From the NCBI GenBank assembly GCA_021208645.1, contig JAJOJL010000086.1, positions 6,730 to 70,729 of the forward strand: a DNA stretch of 64,000 bases. The letters run 5' to 3'. The notes under the pieces were generated by a model. It was not told the DNA's origin, did not search any database, and worked only from the letters and a program-made list of their open reading frames with translations. Of this stretch, positions 32,592 to 42,846 are shown piece after piece (the first letter of the stretch is position 1; each line of letters begins with the position of its first letter). The position numbers were made by a program, and so were the translations under genes. The stretch is from Bacillus sp. (in: firmicutes). GTDB lineage: Bacteria; Bacillota; Bacilli; Bacillales; Salisediminibacteriaceae.

Positions 32592-32779
32592 ATAAGCGGA
32601 GAAATTTCCCTTAATTAGCAAATAGCTTTGAAAACAGCTTATATAGAAGGAAAAATTCCGTCTATTGAGTCAAAAATATTTGAAAATAGAGGTGTTTTCT
32701 TTGTATAGCCGGAAAAACTCCGCTTATATACTCCAAAAAAAGCTTCATTGTAAATATAAACGGAAATTCTCCGCTTAAA
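32592..32779. repeat. Array of four degenerate 24-bp palindromes with 27/38/27-bp spacers
   Basis: ATAAGCGGAGAAATTTCCCTTAAT, ATAGAAGGAAAAATTCCGTCTATT, ATAGCCGGAAAAACTCCGCTTATA, ATAAACGGAAATTCTCCGCTTAAA. Confidence 0.75.
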
Positions 32780-33002
32780 TTATTCACCCCACCCATCCTT
32801 ACACTAAAAAATCATCATTTTGGTGTGCAAATGTAAATTCTAGCCGTGATTTCTAATGGGAAATCAACGGCTTATTATATTTTTGTTTCTATTTTTATTT
32901 CGAGTGCTCATTTGCAATTTCCCTACCTCAACCGAATGGGTTATTTACAGAGAGGATATTCCTTTCTAATCGTCTTTTTTGCTGAGCAGTAATATTTTGT
33001 TA

Positions 33003-33112
33003 ATTGAATCGCTCTACATACACGTTTTTCCCCTTCATCTAGAATTTCGTGCTCATTGAACCACTCTATCTACCCGTTTTTATCCTTCATCCTCAATTTC
33101 GTGTTCATTGGA
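33003..33112. repeat. Tandem 52-bp direct repeat (two copies plus start of a third)
   Basis: ATTGAA..CTCTA..CGTTTTT..CCTTCATC..AATTTCGTG(C/T)TC repeated. Confidence 0.7.
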
Positions 33113-33200
33113 AATCAGTTCCATTTAAGAACTAACTAGAACTATTCAAATAGTAGCAATGGCTCACACGTCAAACAGCTAAGCCCATTACATGAAGATA

Positions 33201-33231
33201 CCCTAAAAGGAGATATTTACTCCTTTTAGGG
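33201..33231 (-). terminator. Terminator-like hairpin after aor
   Basis: CCCTAAAAGGAG / CTCCTTTTAGGG. Confidence 0.7.
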
Positions 33232-33255
33232 CACCCACTTAAACAACGATTTCTC

Positions 33256-35082
33256 TTACGCTTCTACTGCTTCTTCAATACCTAACTCTCTTAGCTTTTC
33301 AGGAGGGACAACTCCATCTACCCATCCTCGAACACTGTAATACTCTTTTAGCATTTCTGGAAGATGGCTCACATGACCTTCAGAGTTTCCTGTTGCCGGT
33401 TCTTTCAAGAATCGTTCTGGCAGAGAATCGTCCTTGCCACCAAAACCAGCTAAGTTATTAAAATAACGCTCAATATTGTATACACGTTCACCGATACTCA
33501 TAATATCATCGCCAGTAAGTTCAATTCCTACAACCGCAGTATACTGCTCTGCGTATAGATCTGGATTTTCCGAGAACGAAGAGAACTTACAAAGATCTAG
33601 GGAATCGGAGAATGCTAATAAATCTTGGAATGTCTTACAAAGTTCCCCTTTTCCTTCAACTTTAAGACGATCAGTAGCTTCAGGAATACCTGCGATTTCA
33701 GAAGCAACCGTATATCCTCTTAAGTGGCAGGCACCTCGGTTACTAGTGGCATACCCTAAACCAATTCCTTGTATTCCTCGAGGGTCATAAGCTGGAATAG
33801 CTTGATTTTTAACAACCATAGCTAAGCCTTTGTCCCCGAAAAATTCTGCTGCACGACCAGGTCCATCTGCAAGGACATTTCCAATTCCTTCTTCGCGATT
33901 AACAATCTTCTCTACCCAGTTAATCATCGTGTCCACATCGCCCCAGTCAAGACGATCCTTCGTTAACCCTTTTTCATAGGCTTCCATTGCTACAGAGAAG
34001 GCATTACCTAGTTCAATAGTATCAATGCCGTACTCGTTACATAAGTCAATTAGGAAGGCTACGGCTTCTTTATTGGAAGTTCCACAGTTTGGTCCTAATG
34101 CCCAGGCAGATTCATATTCAAAGCTTTCTACCTTCGTTTTATACTTCCCATCTTTTACCTCTACTTCGATTTTACAAGCAACCGGACAGGCATGACAGGT
34201 AGGATCACTAACAAGGATTTCTTCCCTAACAGCTTCACCACTGATTTCATCGGCCGTTTCAAAATGAGTCACCTGTGAGTTTTTCGCTGGCAATGCACCT
34301 GATTCATTAATGATATTCATAAGTACGTTCGTACCATAAACAGATAAACCACCTTTTTTAGGTGCCGTTAAGGCTCCTTCTACCAGGGCATTTAAGCCAT
34401 TTTTAATGGCTGTCGGATATTTTTCTGGTAACGCTGGTTCTGGCATATTTCCTTTTTGGGCAGCTTTAATTACGATAGCTTTAAGGTTTTTAGATCCTGC
34501 AACGGCACCAGTTCCACCGCGTCCAGATGCACGATCGTCTTCGTTCATCCAGCCAGCGTAGCGAACACGATTTTCTCCACCAGGTCCAATTGCCATTACG
34601 CTAACATCTTTATCTCCATGGAGTTCCTGCAGGGCTTTGATCGTTCCGCGAACACCTTTCCCCCATAATCTCGAGGCATCACGGAGTTCAACTTTTCCAT
34701 CTTCTACATATAAATAAACTGGTTTTTCGCTAATACCTGAGAAAATAAGGTTGTCAAAACCTGCCCACTTTAATCGTGCAGCTGTCCAACCGCCCATGTG
34801 GGAGTCAGTAACTGTTCCCGTTAATGGTGAGCGAGTTACGGTACATAAACGGCCGCTCATATGGATTCTTGTACCAGTTAACGGACCTGTCATAACAGCA
34901 AGCAAATTCTCTTCTGAAAACGGATCCGCTTCGTACACTTTATTATCTACCATGTACTTAACCCCAAGACCCCTGGCACCAATGTACTTTTTCACATCTT
35001 CTTCATTCAACTTACGATATTCAATTGTCCCCTCCGTTAAATCAATCCAAGCTTCATGATTTCTGTATCCTCCTAGCTTCAC
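33256..35082 (-). CDS. aor: Tungsten-type aldehyde:ferredoxin oxidoreductase (AOR/WOR family)
   Basis: RSPLTG..SHMGG, GRGGTGAVAGSKNLKA, CHACPVAC, EYE, GIDTI, RGACHLRG, DSLDLCKF. Confidence 0.93.
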   Translation of the reverse strand: MKLGGYRNHEAWIDLTEGTIEYRKLNEEDVKKYIGARGLGVKYMVDNKVYEADPFSEENLLAVMTGPLTGTRIHMSGRLCTVTRSPLTGTVTDSHMGGWTAARLKWAGFDNLIFSGISEKPVYLYVEDGKVELRDASRLWGKGVRGTIKALQELHGDKDVSVMAIGPGGENRVRYAGWMNEDDRASGRGGTGAVAGSKNLKAIVIKAAQKGNMPEPALPEKYPTAIKNGLNALVEGALTAPKKGGLSVYGTNVLMNIINESGALPAKNSQVTHFETADEISGEAVREEILVSDPTCHACPVACKIEVEVKDGKYKTKVESFEYESAWALGPNCGTSNKEAVAFLIDLCNEYGIDTIELGNAFSVAMEAYEKGLTKDRLDWGDVDTMINWVEKIVNREEGIGNVLADGPGRAAEFFGDKGLAMVVKNQAIPAYDPRGIQGIGLGYATSNRGACHLRGYTVASEIAGIPEATDRLKVEGKGELCKTFQDLLAFSDSLDLCKFSSFSENPDLYAEQYTAVVGIELTGDDIMSIGERVYNIERYFNNLAGFGGKDDSLPERFLKEPATGNSEGHVSHLPEMLKEYYSVRGWVDGVVPPEKLRELGIEEAVEA

Positions 35083-35239
35083 TCGAAAACCCCTCCTTTA
35101 AAATGTGTTAATTGGTGGTACATGAAAAAATATTTATATGGTAAAAATATTTCTTCCACTGCTAAAAACTATCAGATAAACTAAATTCATAGAGTCACTA
35201 GCATTATTTAGCGTAAATAACGATAAAGGAGCTAAAAAA

Positions 35240-36277
35240 ATGACTGTTAATCTGAATAAATACTCGAGACAAATATTATTTTGGCCTGATGGACAAGAAA
35301 GTCAAAAGCGCTTACAAAGTAAAACCGTCACCATTATAGGCGTTGGAGCGTTAGGTACTGCTCTCGCCAACCATCTCGTTCGTGCTGGAGTTGGAGAAGT
35401 GAGATTAGCAGATAGGGACTATGTAGAAGAAAGTAATCTCCAACGACAAATGCTCTTCGATGAAATGGATGTGAAAAATAAAACACCTAAAGCGATTGCA
35501 GCGAAAGAAAAGCTATCCTTAATTAATTCTGAAGTTAACATTCAGGCAATTATTGACGATGTAAACAATTTAAATATCGAATCTATTGTTAATGGATCCC
35601 ACTTGATACTAGACGGTACAGACAATATGGAAACACGTTACTTGATAAACGATGTGAGCATTAAACAGAATATACCTTGGATATATGCAGGAGTCGTTCA
35701 TTCTCGCGCTATGACTGCAACCATTATTCCGGGACTTACGCCATGTTTTAACTGTCTATTTCCTAAGTCACAAGCCGGTCATGGTGAAACCTGTGATACT
35801 GTAGGTGTCCTTAGTACGGCAGTACAAATAGTTGCGTCCTATCAAGCAACTGAAGCATTCAAACTGCTTATTGAAGAAAATAAATACCTTAGGGAAGAGA
35901 TGTTACAGCTTGATGTATGGAAAAACGATGTTGAAAATTTCCCTTTTCAATATTCTTTAAATCAAGACTGTCCCAGCTGTCAGCAAAAACAATATCCTTA
36001 CTTAAATGATTATTATTCTACTAATCTTCATTCTTCCCTTTGCGGAAGAAATGCCATCCAGATTAACCCTCAAGAAAAAGAGAATAACCCTATTGATTTA
36101 GATTCATTAAAGGAAAGGTGGTCCAGACTTGGAACTGTAGAGAGAAATTCATTTCTTCTTCGCTTACATTATAATGATTATGAAATTACCCTTTTCACCA
36201 ATGGTCGTGCCATTATAAAAGGGACAACAAATGTAGAAACGGCAAGAAAAATTTATTCTATGTTAGTAGGGAATTAA
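35240..36277 (+). CDS. moeB: MoeB/ThiF family adenylyltransferase (E1-like)
   Basis: YSRQ, GVGALG, DRDYVEESNLQRQ, DGTDN, CFNC, TCDTVGV, CPSC. Confidence 0.88.
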   Translation: MTVNLNKYSRQILFWPDGQESQKRLQSKTVTIIGVGALGTALANHLVRAGVGEVRLADRDYVEESNLQRQMLFDEMDVKNKTPKAIAAKEKLSLINSEVNIQAIIDDVNNLNIESIVNGSHLILDGTDNMETRYLINDVSIKQNIPWIYAGVVHSRAMTATIIPGLTPCFNCLFPKSQAGHGETCDTVGVLSTAVQIVASYQATEAFKLLIEENKYLREEMLQLDVWKNDVENFPFQYSLNQDCPSCQQKQYPYLNDYYSTNLHSSLCGRNAIQINPQEKENNPIDLDSLKERWSRLGTVERNSFLLRLHYNDYEITLFTNGRAIIKGTTNVETARKIYSMLVGN

Positions 36278-36435
36278 CATATCATCTAGGGTGATGTTAT
36301 CATATGTGAGGTTTTGAATTTTCAAACTTTATCTATGCAAATATTACCATAATGCTTGTATTTTCACAATAAGTTACCTAGTTATTTTTTCCATACAATT
36401 ACTTTTAACTGTCAGTGAATTTACTAATTGACACG

Positions 36436-36473
36436 AAACCCCTTAGAAGAATGCTTTTCTCCTAAGGGGTTTC
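36436..36473 (-). terminator. pgi terminator
   Basis: GAAACCCCTTAG / CTAAGGGGTTTC. Confidence 0.7.
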
Positions 36474-36476
36474 CAT

Positions 36477-37835
36477 TTATTTATTATTCAACCGCTTTTC
36501 TAACATTGCTTTTTCTTCTTCATAGCCTGGCTTACCTAGTAAGGCAAACATATTACGTTTGTATGCCTCAACTCCAGGTTGATCAAAGGGATTAACTCCC
36601 AATAAATATCCACTGATTGCACAAGCTTTTTCAAAGAAATAGACCAGATGGCCAAAATGGTACTCATTAAGTTCTGGAATGTTAATGATTAAATTAGGCA
36701 CTCCCCCATCAATATGAGCCAATAATGTTCCTTCAAATGCCTTTTTATTTACAAAATCCATCGTTTTTCCAGAAAGGTAGTTTAAACCATCTAAATCGTC
36801 ATCTGTTTTATCAATGGTTATTTGCTCGTTCAATTTCCCTACATGAAGAACCGTCTCAAATAGATCCCGTCGGCCATCTTGGACATACTGGCCCATAGAA
36901 TGAAGATCTGTAGAAAAATCTACCGCAGCTGGGAATATTCCTTTTTGATCTTTCCCTTCACTTTCTCCATAAAGTTGTTTCCACCATTCTGCGACAAAAT
37001 GTAAGGATGGCTCATAATTCACCATTAATTCAATGGTTTTCCCTTTATTGTATAAAGCATTGCGGACAGCCGCGTATTGGTAGGCCGCATTTTCACTAAG
37101 GTTTGAATTTAAGTACGCTTCACGAGCATCAGCCGCTCCTTGCATCATAGCGTCAATATCCAAGCCGCTAGCAGCAATAGGGAGTAAGCCGACGGCAGTC
37201 AGAACAGAGAATCGGCCCCCCACATCATCAGGAATGACAAAGGATTCATAACCTTCTTCCGTGGCTAGTTGCTTTAACGCACCCTTCGCCTTATCTGTAG
37301 TTGCGTATATTCGCTTTCTAGCTTCTTCAACGCCATATTTTTTCTCCACATATTCACGGAAGATACGAAAGGCTATTGCTGGTTCCGTTGTTGTTCCTGA
37401 TTTAGAAATAACATTAATAGACACATCTTTTCCATCAATCACTTGTAAAAGATGGTTTACATAGGTAGAGCTTATATTGTTTCCTACAAAGAAAATTTGT
37501 GGTGCTTGTCGCTTCTCTTTCTCCAATACATTATAAAAAGAATGATTCAATGCTTCTAATGCTGCACGTGCTCCTAAATAGGAGCCTCCAATTCCAATAA
37601 CTAATAACACTTCAGAATCAGACTTAATTTTCTCTGCGGCCTTTTTAATACGGGAAAATTCTTCCTTATCATAATTAACAGGCAAGTCTACCCAGCCAAT
37701 ATAATCATTACCTGCCCCTGTCCCATTGTGAAGGGCATCATGTGCACTTTTAACTAAATCCCCCAAATAATCTACTTCATGGGATCCAAGAAATGATTCT
37801 GTTTTTGAGTAATCAAATGTAATTTTTTTTGACAT
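36477..37835 (-). CDS. pgi: Glucose-6-phosphate isomerase
   Basis: [35 protein letters not shown]. Confidence 0.98.
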   Translation of the reverse strand: MSKKITFDYSKTESFLGSHEVDYLGDLVKSAHDALHNGTGAGNDYIGWVDLPVNYDKEEFSRIKKAAEKIKSDSEVLLVIGIGGSYLGARAALEALNHSFYNVLEKEKRQAPQIFFVGNNISSTYVNHLLQVIDGKDVSINVISKSGTTTEPAIAFRIFREYVEKKYGVEEARKRIYATTDKAKGALKQLATEEGYESFVIPDDVGGRFSVLTAVGLLPIAASGLDIDAMMQGAADAREAYLNSNLSENAAYQYAAVRNALYNKGKTIELMVNYEPSLHFVAEWWKQLYGESEGKDQKGIFPAAVDFSTDLHSMGQYVQDGRRDLFETVLHVGKLNEQITIDKTDDDLDGLNYLSGKTMDFVNKKAFEGTLLAHIDGGVPNLIINIPELNEYHFGHLVYFFEKACAISGYLLGVNPFDQPGVEAYKRNMFALLGKPGYEEEKAMLEKRLNNK

Positions 37836-37929
37836 TATTACCGCTCCCTTTCTTTAGTCAAGAACAAAATATGTATACCTAAAGTTCACTTTATTAAATA
37901 ACATATATATAATCAAGTTAGTTTTCCCA

Positions 37930-37943
37930 TGTAAACGTATTCA
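37930..37943. promoter_or_regulatory. Putative cre (CcpA) site upstream of the pgi promoter
   Basis: TGTAAACGTATTCA fits TGWAANCGNWNWCA. Confidence 0.5.
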
Positions 37944-38089
37944 AATAGAAAAATAATTATTCTTGTTGAGGGAACCATCTTCTAACTGCAAATTAACAGG
38001 CTTTATAAACTAAAGAAAAGCTAAATAATAATATGGAGCCGTTGCAAATGCAGACGGCTCCCATTTAAACTTCCCTTTTAGGTGAGAAA

Positions 38090-39256
38090 TTATAAACTCA
38101 TCTTTAATATTTCAACCACATCTTCTTTTTCCAAGGTAGCAAAATTTCCAAAGCTCCCCCTTGCCATAGCTTTATCAGCAATTAATTCAAGGTGACTATC
38201 GTCAATATTATAATCGGCAAGACGTTGTGGAGCTCCAAGGGATGTCCAAAATTTCTCCAACGCACTGATACCTGCTTCAGCTAATTCTTTACTGGTTTTA
38301 CCCGCTGGGTCTACTTGCCAAACTCGCACTGCTAATTGAGCCAGCTTCCTCTCCCCAAGGTGGAGATTATGACGCATCCAGCGTGGGAAAAGTATCGCTA
38401 ATCCACCGGCATGGGGGATATCGTATACAGCTGAAACAGCATGTTCTATATTATGGGAGCCCCAATCACCACGAACTCCCATTTGTAACGTTCCATTCAA
38501 TGCTATTGTACCTGAATAAAGAATGGTCTCACGTAGTTCTAAATTTTCTAGGTCCTCCACTAATTTCGGTCCTGCTGCAATAACGGTTTTAAGGACTGCT
38601 TCACACATATGCTCTTGCAGCTCTGTGTTTTTTTGAGGGTGAAAATACTGTTCAAATACATGGGACATCATGTCTACAATTCCATAAATAGTCTGGTCTT
38701 TAGGTACAGTCAATGTGTTTTTGGGATCTAGTATTGAAAATTTCGGAAAAACAAAGGGACTGCCCCACCCATATTTTTCTTTTGTCTCCCAATTCGTGAT
38801 GACAGATCCCGAATTCATTTCCGATCCAGTTGCTGCCAATGTCAAAATTGTTCCAAATGGCAAGGCATCGGGTACTTCCCCTTTTTTCGTAACTAAATCC
38901 CAAGGGTCTCCCTCATACTTCGCTCCGGCGGCTATAGCTTTTGTACAGTCAATAACACTACCACCACCAACAGCTAATATTACTTCAATTCCCTCTTCTT
39001 TACAGATTTGAACACCCTTATGTACGGTAGATAGGCGAGGATTAGGTTCCACTCCTCCTAGCTCAGAAAGTATGAAATTATCCCCCTTCAGTAACGTTAC
39101 CACTTCATCGTATAATCCATTACGCTTAATACTACCGCCACCGTAAACGAGTAGAACTTTTTTACCCCATCGTTTTAAAGATGTCGTGAGTTGATTGCTA
39201 ACTTGTCCTTCTCCAAAAATTAACTGCGTTGGATTTTGAAAAATAAATGAATCCAT
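38090..39256 (-). CDS. yugJ: Iron-containing alcohol/butanol dehydrogenase (YugJ/YugK)
   Basis: [32 protein letters not shown]. Confidence 0.9.
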   Translation of the reverse strand: MDSFIFQNPTQLIFGEGQVSNQLTTSLKRWGKKVLLVYGGGSIKRNGLYDEVVTLLKGDNFILSELGGVEPNPRLSTVHKGVQICKEEGIEVILAVGGGSVIDCTKAIAAGAKYEGDPWDLVTKKGEVPDALPFGTILTLAATGSEMNSGSVITNWETKEKYGWGSPFVFPKFSILDPKNTLTVPKDQTIYGIVDMMSHVFEQYFHPQKNTELQEHMCEAVLKTVIAAGPKLVEDLENLELRETILYSGTIALNGTLQMGVRGDWGSHNIEHAVSAVYDIPHAGGLAILFPRWMRHNLHLGERKLAQLAVRVWQVDPAGKTSKELAEAGISALEKFWTSLGAPQRLADYNIDDSHLELIADKAMARGSFGNFATLEKEDVVEILKMSL

Positions 39257-39342
39257 GTTTTCCCCCCTAATTGTGTGTTTCGACTGTATTATCCCTTATT
39301 TTAGCTAAAACAAGAAATATTGATTAATTTTTCATAAATAAT

Positions 39343-39372
39343 GCATAATCACAAGACTCTTTAATCATTCTA
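39343..39372 (+). promoter_or_regulatory. SigG/SigF-type forespore promoter of yuzA
   Basis: GCATA-18-CATTCTA. Confidence 0.6.
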
Positions 39373-39443
39373 AGGGAAGGAGCAAATATGTAGCTTCTGT
39401 TGTTTAGGCTTGATTTTACCCCCGAAAAGGAGGTGAGGAGCCC

Positions 39444-39671
39444 ATGAGCGGAATCCAACGTACAGCACTTGTTTTGGCAATCATTGGTGCAATCAACTGG
39501 GGCTTAATTGGTTTCTTCCGTTTTGACCTAGTTGCTGCCATTTTCGGTGGCCAAGCTGCTGGATTTTCCCGTTTCATCTACGCCCTCGTAGGATTGGCAG
39601 GGTTATATTGTATCTCTATCTTGTTTAAACCTGATGAAGAGTTAGAGAGAAGTCCAGAACCTCAGCGGTAA
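39444..39671 (+). CDS. yuzA: DUF378 membrane protein
   Basis: IIGAINWGLIGFFRFDLVAAIFGG. Confidence 0.92.
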   Translation: MSGIQRTALVLAIIGAINWGLIGFFRFDLVAAIFGGQAAGFSRFIYALVGLAGLYCISILFKPDEELERSPEPQR

Positions 39672-39699
39672 TGATCTCTTTACTTTCATCGAAAAGAAA

Positions 39700-39732
39700 A
39701 AAAAGAGGCAGCTCCATGGAGCTGCCTCTTTT
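39700..39732. terminator. Bidirectional terminator between yuzA and yugI
   Basis: AAAAGAGGCAGCTCC-AT-GGAGCTGCCTCTTTT. Confidence 0.85.
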
Positions 39733-39750
39733 CTTAATGGAAAGCATGAT

Positions 39751-40170
39751 TTATTTTTTTACACGCTTATTTAAATCCGCTTGAATCTCATTGGACTCTT
39801 TTAACCAAGTCTTTAATTTTTCTTCAAGAGTATTGAAGCCTTGACCAGATGCTTGTTCTTGTTTCTTTGGAGCATTAGGTCTCCTTGGACGTTCTGAACG
39901 TGCCGGACGCTCCGGTTGCTCTGGCTTCGGTTGTGTTTCACGAATAGATAATGAAATTTTTCCTGTACCTTCATCCACAGATAGAATTTTAACCTTTACT
40001 TCATCTCCAACACTTAGAATGTCATTAATATCCTTGACAAATCCATGAGCGATGTGAGAAATGTGTACTAAACCTTGTTTTTGTTCATCTAATGCAACAA
40101 ACGCACCAAACGGTTTAATTCCAGTGACCTTACCTTCAACAATACTTCCTACTTCATATTGACCTGACAT
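39751..40170 (-). CDS. yugI: S1-domain general stress protein 13
   Basis: GKVTGIKPFGAFV..GLVHIS, GFNTLEEKL. Confidence 0.92.
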   Translation of the reverse strand: MSGQYEVGSIVEGKVTGIKPFGAFVALDEQKQGLVHISHIAHGFVKDINDILSVGDEVKVKILSVDEGTGKISLSIRETQPKPEQPERPARSERPRRPNAPKKQEQASGQGFNTLEEKLKTWLKESNEIQADLNKRVKK

Positions 40171-40290
40171 GAAAACAACTCCTAACTAATTTTTAACTTG
40201 TTAATTATATCATAAGTTTGGACTTATGACAAAACTCATCTGCTATAATAGTGGGGAAGCTGCCCATTAAATAACTACTTATCATTATTT

Positions 40291-40462
40291 AGGCTCTGTT
40301 AGTCTTTGTTGTTGATTTATGCTACAGGAGCTCGCTTTCCGCGGGCAACGCTTCAGCCTCCTCGTCCCTGCGGGGTCTTCAGCCGTTGCTTTTCCCGCAG
40401 GAGTCTCGCTCCTTTCGCAAAATCAACGTATATCCAAAATCGACATTAGCCACTAAAAGAGA
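40291..40462. repeat. MITE-like repeat, family A copy 3
   Basis: GTTGATTT-ATGCTACAGG..TTTCCGCGGG..AGCCTCCTCG..CTGCGGGGTCT..TTTCCCGCAGGAGT..AAATCAAC. Confidence 0.75.
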
Positions 40463-40678
40463 TATTATTTAAACAGTCTGCTACCTTAATATTATTTCCC
40501 TTTATGTAGCGTTTTATCTTCTTAAGTTCCAATTTACTTCCATTATTTACCGATGGATCATTTGTAAAAATAAGTATAACTAATTGTAAAAAGGAAATAC
40601 TAGTAGTGTATATAACCTAGTATTCCCCCTTTTGGCAAAGTATCGTATTAAAGGTACTTTGCTTTTTATTATGCAAAA

Positions 40679-41851
40679 TTATAAACTCTCCACAAATTTT
40701 CTGATCCTCTCTAACGACTCCTCTAATTGAGCCATGGAAGTTGCATAAGAACATCTAACATGTCCCTCTCCACCTTGCCCGAAGACATTACCTGGTACAA
40801 CTGCTACCTTCTGGGTAGAGAGAAGTTTTTCTGCAAAACTTTCAGAACTTAAACCTGTGGAGGCTATCGAAGGAAAAGCGTAAAATGCACCACCTGGCAT
40901 ATGACATCTTAGCCCAATTTCCCTTAACGAATGAACGAAAAAATTGCGGCGTTGTCGATAACTTTCCATCATCTCTCTCATTTCGTCTTGGCTATTTTGG
41001 ATGGCTTCTAATGCAGCATATTGGGCCATTGTTGAAGCACACATCATGGCATATTGATGAATTTTTAGTATTGCTGCAGAGATTGGCTTCGGTGCAGCAA
41101 CATAGCCTACCCGCCAACCAGTCATGGCAAATGACTTGGAAAATCCAGAAATTAAGACTGTACGCTCTCTCATTCCTGGTAATGATGGGATACTTACATG
41201 ATCTTGATCATAAGAAAGTTCTCCATAAATTTCATCAGAAAGTACCCAGAGGTCATGATCTTTAATAATATTCGCAATAGCTTCTAATTCGTTACGACCC
41301 ATGACTGCTCCAGTTGGATTATTGGGAAAGGATAAAATTATTCCCTTTGTCTTAGGCGTAATTTCTTTCTTTAACTGGAACGGTGTAATTTTAAATTCAT
41401 TTTCTATATTGGTTCCTACTGGTATTGGACATCCTCCCACTAGTGACACTAAAGGAGCATAAGATACAAAAGTCGGTTCGACAATAAGAATTTCATCCCC
41501 TGGATTAATTAATGCCCTTAACGCTAAGTCTATCCCTTCACTTGCCCCAACAGTTATGACAATTTCTTCTGTAGAAGAGTAATTTAATTGGTATTTGGTT
41601 AAATAGTCAGAAATAGCTGTCCGTAATTCCAATAATCCAGCATTGGGTGTATATGTTGTCAAACCTCTCTCTAGAGACGCGATACTTGCTTCTCGAATCT
41701 TCCAAGGTGTCACAAAATCCGGTTCACCTACACCTAGAGAAATGACATTATCCATTGCTGCGGCTAAATCAAAAAATTTACGTATTCCCGATGGTTGTAT
41801 CTGTTGTACGCCATTACTTAAAAACTTACTAGAGCATTGGTAATCACTCAT
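40679..41851 (-). CDS. yugH: Class I aminotransferase (AlaT/YugH)
   Basis: PSGIRKFFD, PNNPTG, DEIY, GFSKSFAMTGWRVG. Confidence 0.9.
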   Translation of the reverse strand: MSDYQCSSKFLSNGVQQIQPSGIRKFFDLAAAMDNVISLGVGEPDFVTPWKIREASIASLERGLTTYTPNAGLLELRTAISDYLTKYQLNYSSTEEIVITVGASEGIDLALRALINPGDEILIVEPTFVSYAPLVSLVGGCPIPVGTNIENEFKITPFQLKKEITPKTKGIILSFPNNPTGAVMGRNELEAIANIIKDHDLWVLSDEIYGELSYDQDHVSIPSLPGMRERTVLISGFSKSFAMTGWRVGYVAAPKPISAAILKIHQYAMMCASTMAQYAALEAIQNSQDEMREMMESYRQRRNFFVHSLREIGLRCHMPGGAFYAFPSIASTGLSSESFAEKLLSTQKVAVVPGNVFGQGGEGHVRCSYATSMAQLEESLERIRKFVESL

Positions 41852-42342
41852 GGTGATACCACAATCCGATTGTCTTCATCCCGATCATCAAAAACAACAC
41901 CATCATGCTTGTATTTTTTTAGTTGAAAATGTGTTGTCGTTGATAATACTGAGTCGAGGGTAGACAACTTTTCTGATACAAATCTAGCAATTTCTGACAT
42001 GGTTTTTCCTTCAATAACAACAGCTAAATCATATGTCCCAGACATTAAATAGAGCGCTTTTACTTCCTTAAAACGGTATATTCTTTCAGCAACTTCGTCA
42101 AACCCCACCCCTCTTTTTGGAGTAACCTTTACATCAATCATTGCCGTAACTGTCTCTAATTCATTTACTTTGGCCCAATCTACGATCGCCGAATACCCTA
42201 ATATAATTTTTTTAGATTCAAATTTACTAATCCATTCCTTTACCTCAGCTTCAGAAACATTCAGCATTATGGCTAATTTCTCACTCTCTAACCTCCCGCT
42301 TTTTTCTAATAAACGTAAAAGTTCCTTTTCTTTCTCAGACAT
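41848..42342 (-). CDS. yugG: Lrp/AsnC regulator (AlaR/YugG)
   Basis: KVTPKRGVGFD, YLMSGTYDL, THFQLKKYK. Confidence 0.9.
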   Translation of the reverse strand: MSEKEKELLRLLEKSGRLESEKLAIMLNVSEAEVKEWISKFESKKIILGYSAIVDWAKVNELETVTAMIDVKVTPKRGVGFDEVAERIYRFKEVKALYLMSGTYDLAVVIEGKTMSEIARFVSEKLSTLDSVLSTTTHFQLKKYKHDGVVFDDRDEDNRIVVSP

Positions 42343-42563
42343 CCTTTCCCCCTCCTTTTTATTTCAGTTTTATTATATCCGCTAAAGTTATGTAAATGTT
42401 AGAAATTTCTTTCTATTTATTGATCCATTTACTATTTTTCTATAGTAAGGTATAATAACAACATAACGATAGTGTTTAAAGTATTAACTTTGCCAATTAG
42501 TACAATACTTCCAAATAGCAAAGACCTCAAGGAAATAATTCCTAGAGGTCTCATTTTTTAAAC

Positions 42564-42845
42564 TTATGCTAAGCGGAAAACGATTCCGTGACCGCCCTTT
42601 GGATATTCCCATTTAATGTTTTGGAAAGGACAGCCAATTCGACAGCTTCCACATTCGTGGCAGCCTTCGAAACCAACAAACATTCTGTCCCCTTCCCACT
42701 TATAAACATCAGCGGGGCAAAAAATTGTACAGTCTTTGTCTGGACATTTCGTTGCACAAACGTCGTGATCTAACACAGTAAGATGGGACTCTGTATCACA
42801 GTTGAAACGGACGAGATACTGTTTTTCTTCAAGAGTTGTTGCCAT
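42564..42845 (-). CDS. fixX: Ferredoxin-like FixX/EtfX
   Basis: CPADVY, CHECGSCRIGC, WEYPKGGHG. Confidence 0.92.
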   Translation of the reverse strand: MATTLEEKQYLVRFNCDTESHLTVLDHDVCATKCPDKDCTIFCPADVYKWEGDRMFVGFEGCHECGSCRIGCPFQNIKWEYPKGGHGIVFRLA

Positions 42846-42846
42846 C

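Noticed and set aside
32592-32779. True CRISPR array
   Set aside because: Repeats differ at many positions, there are only four units, and no cas genes or leader; kept as an unexplained repeat
35083-35239. Moco/Tuco riboswitch upstream of aor or moeB
   Set aside because: AT-rich with no recognisable stems or motif
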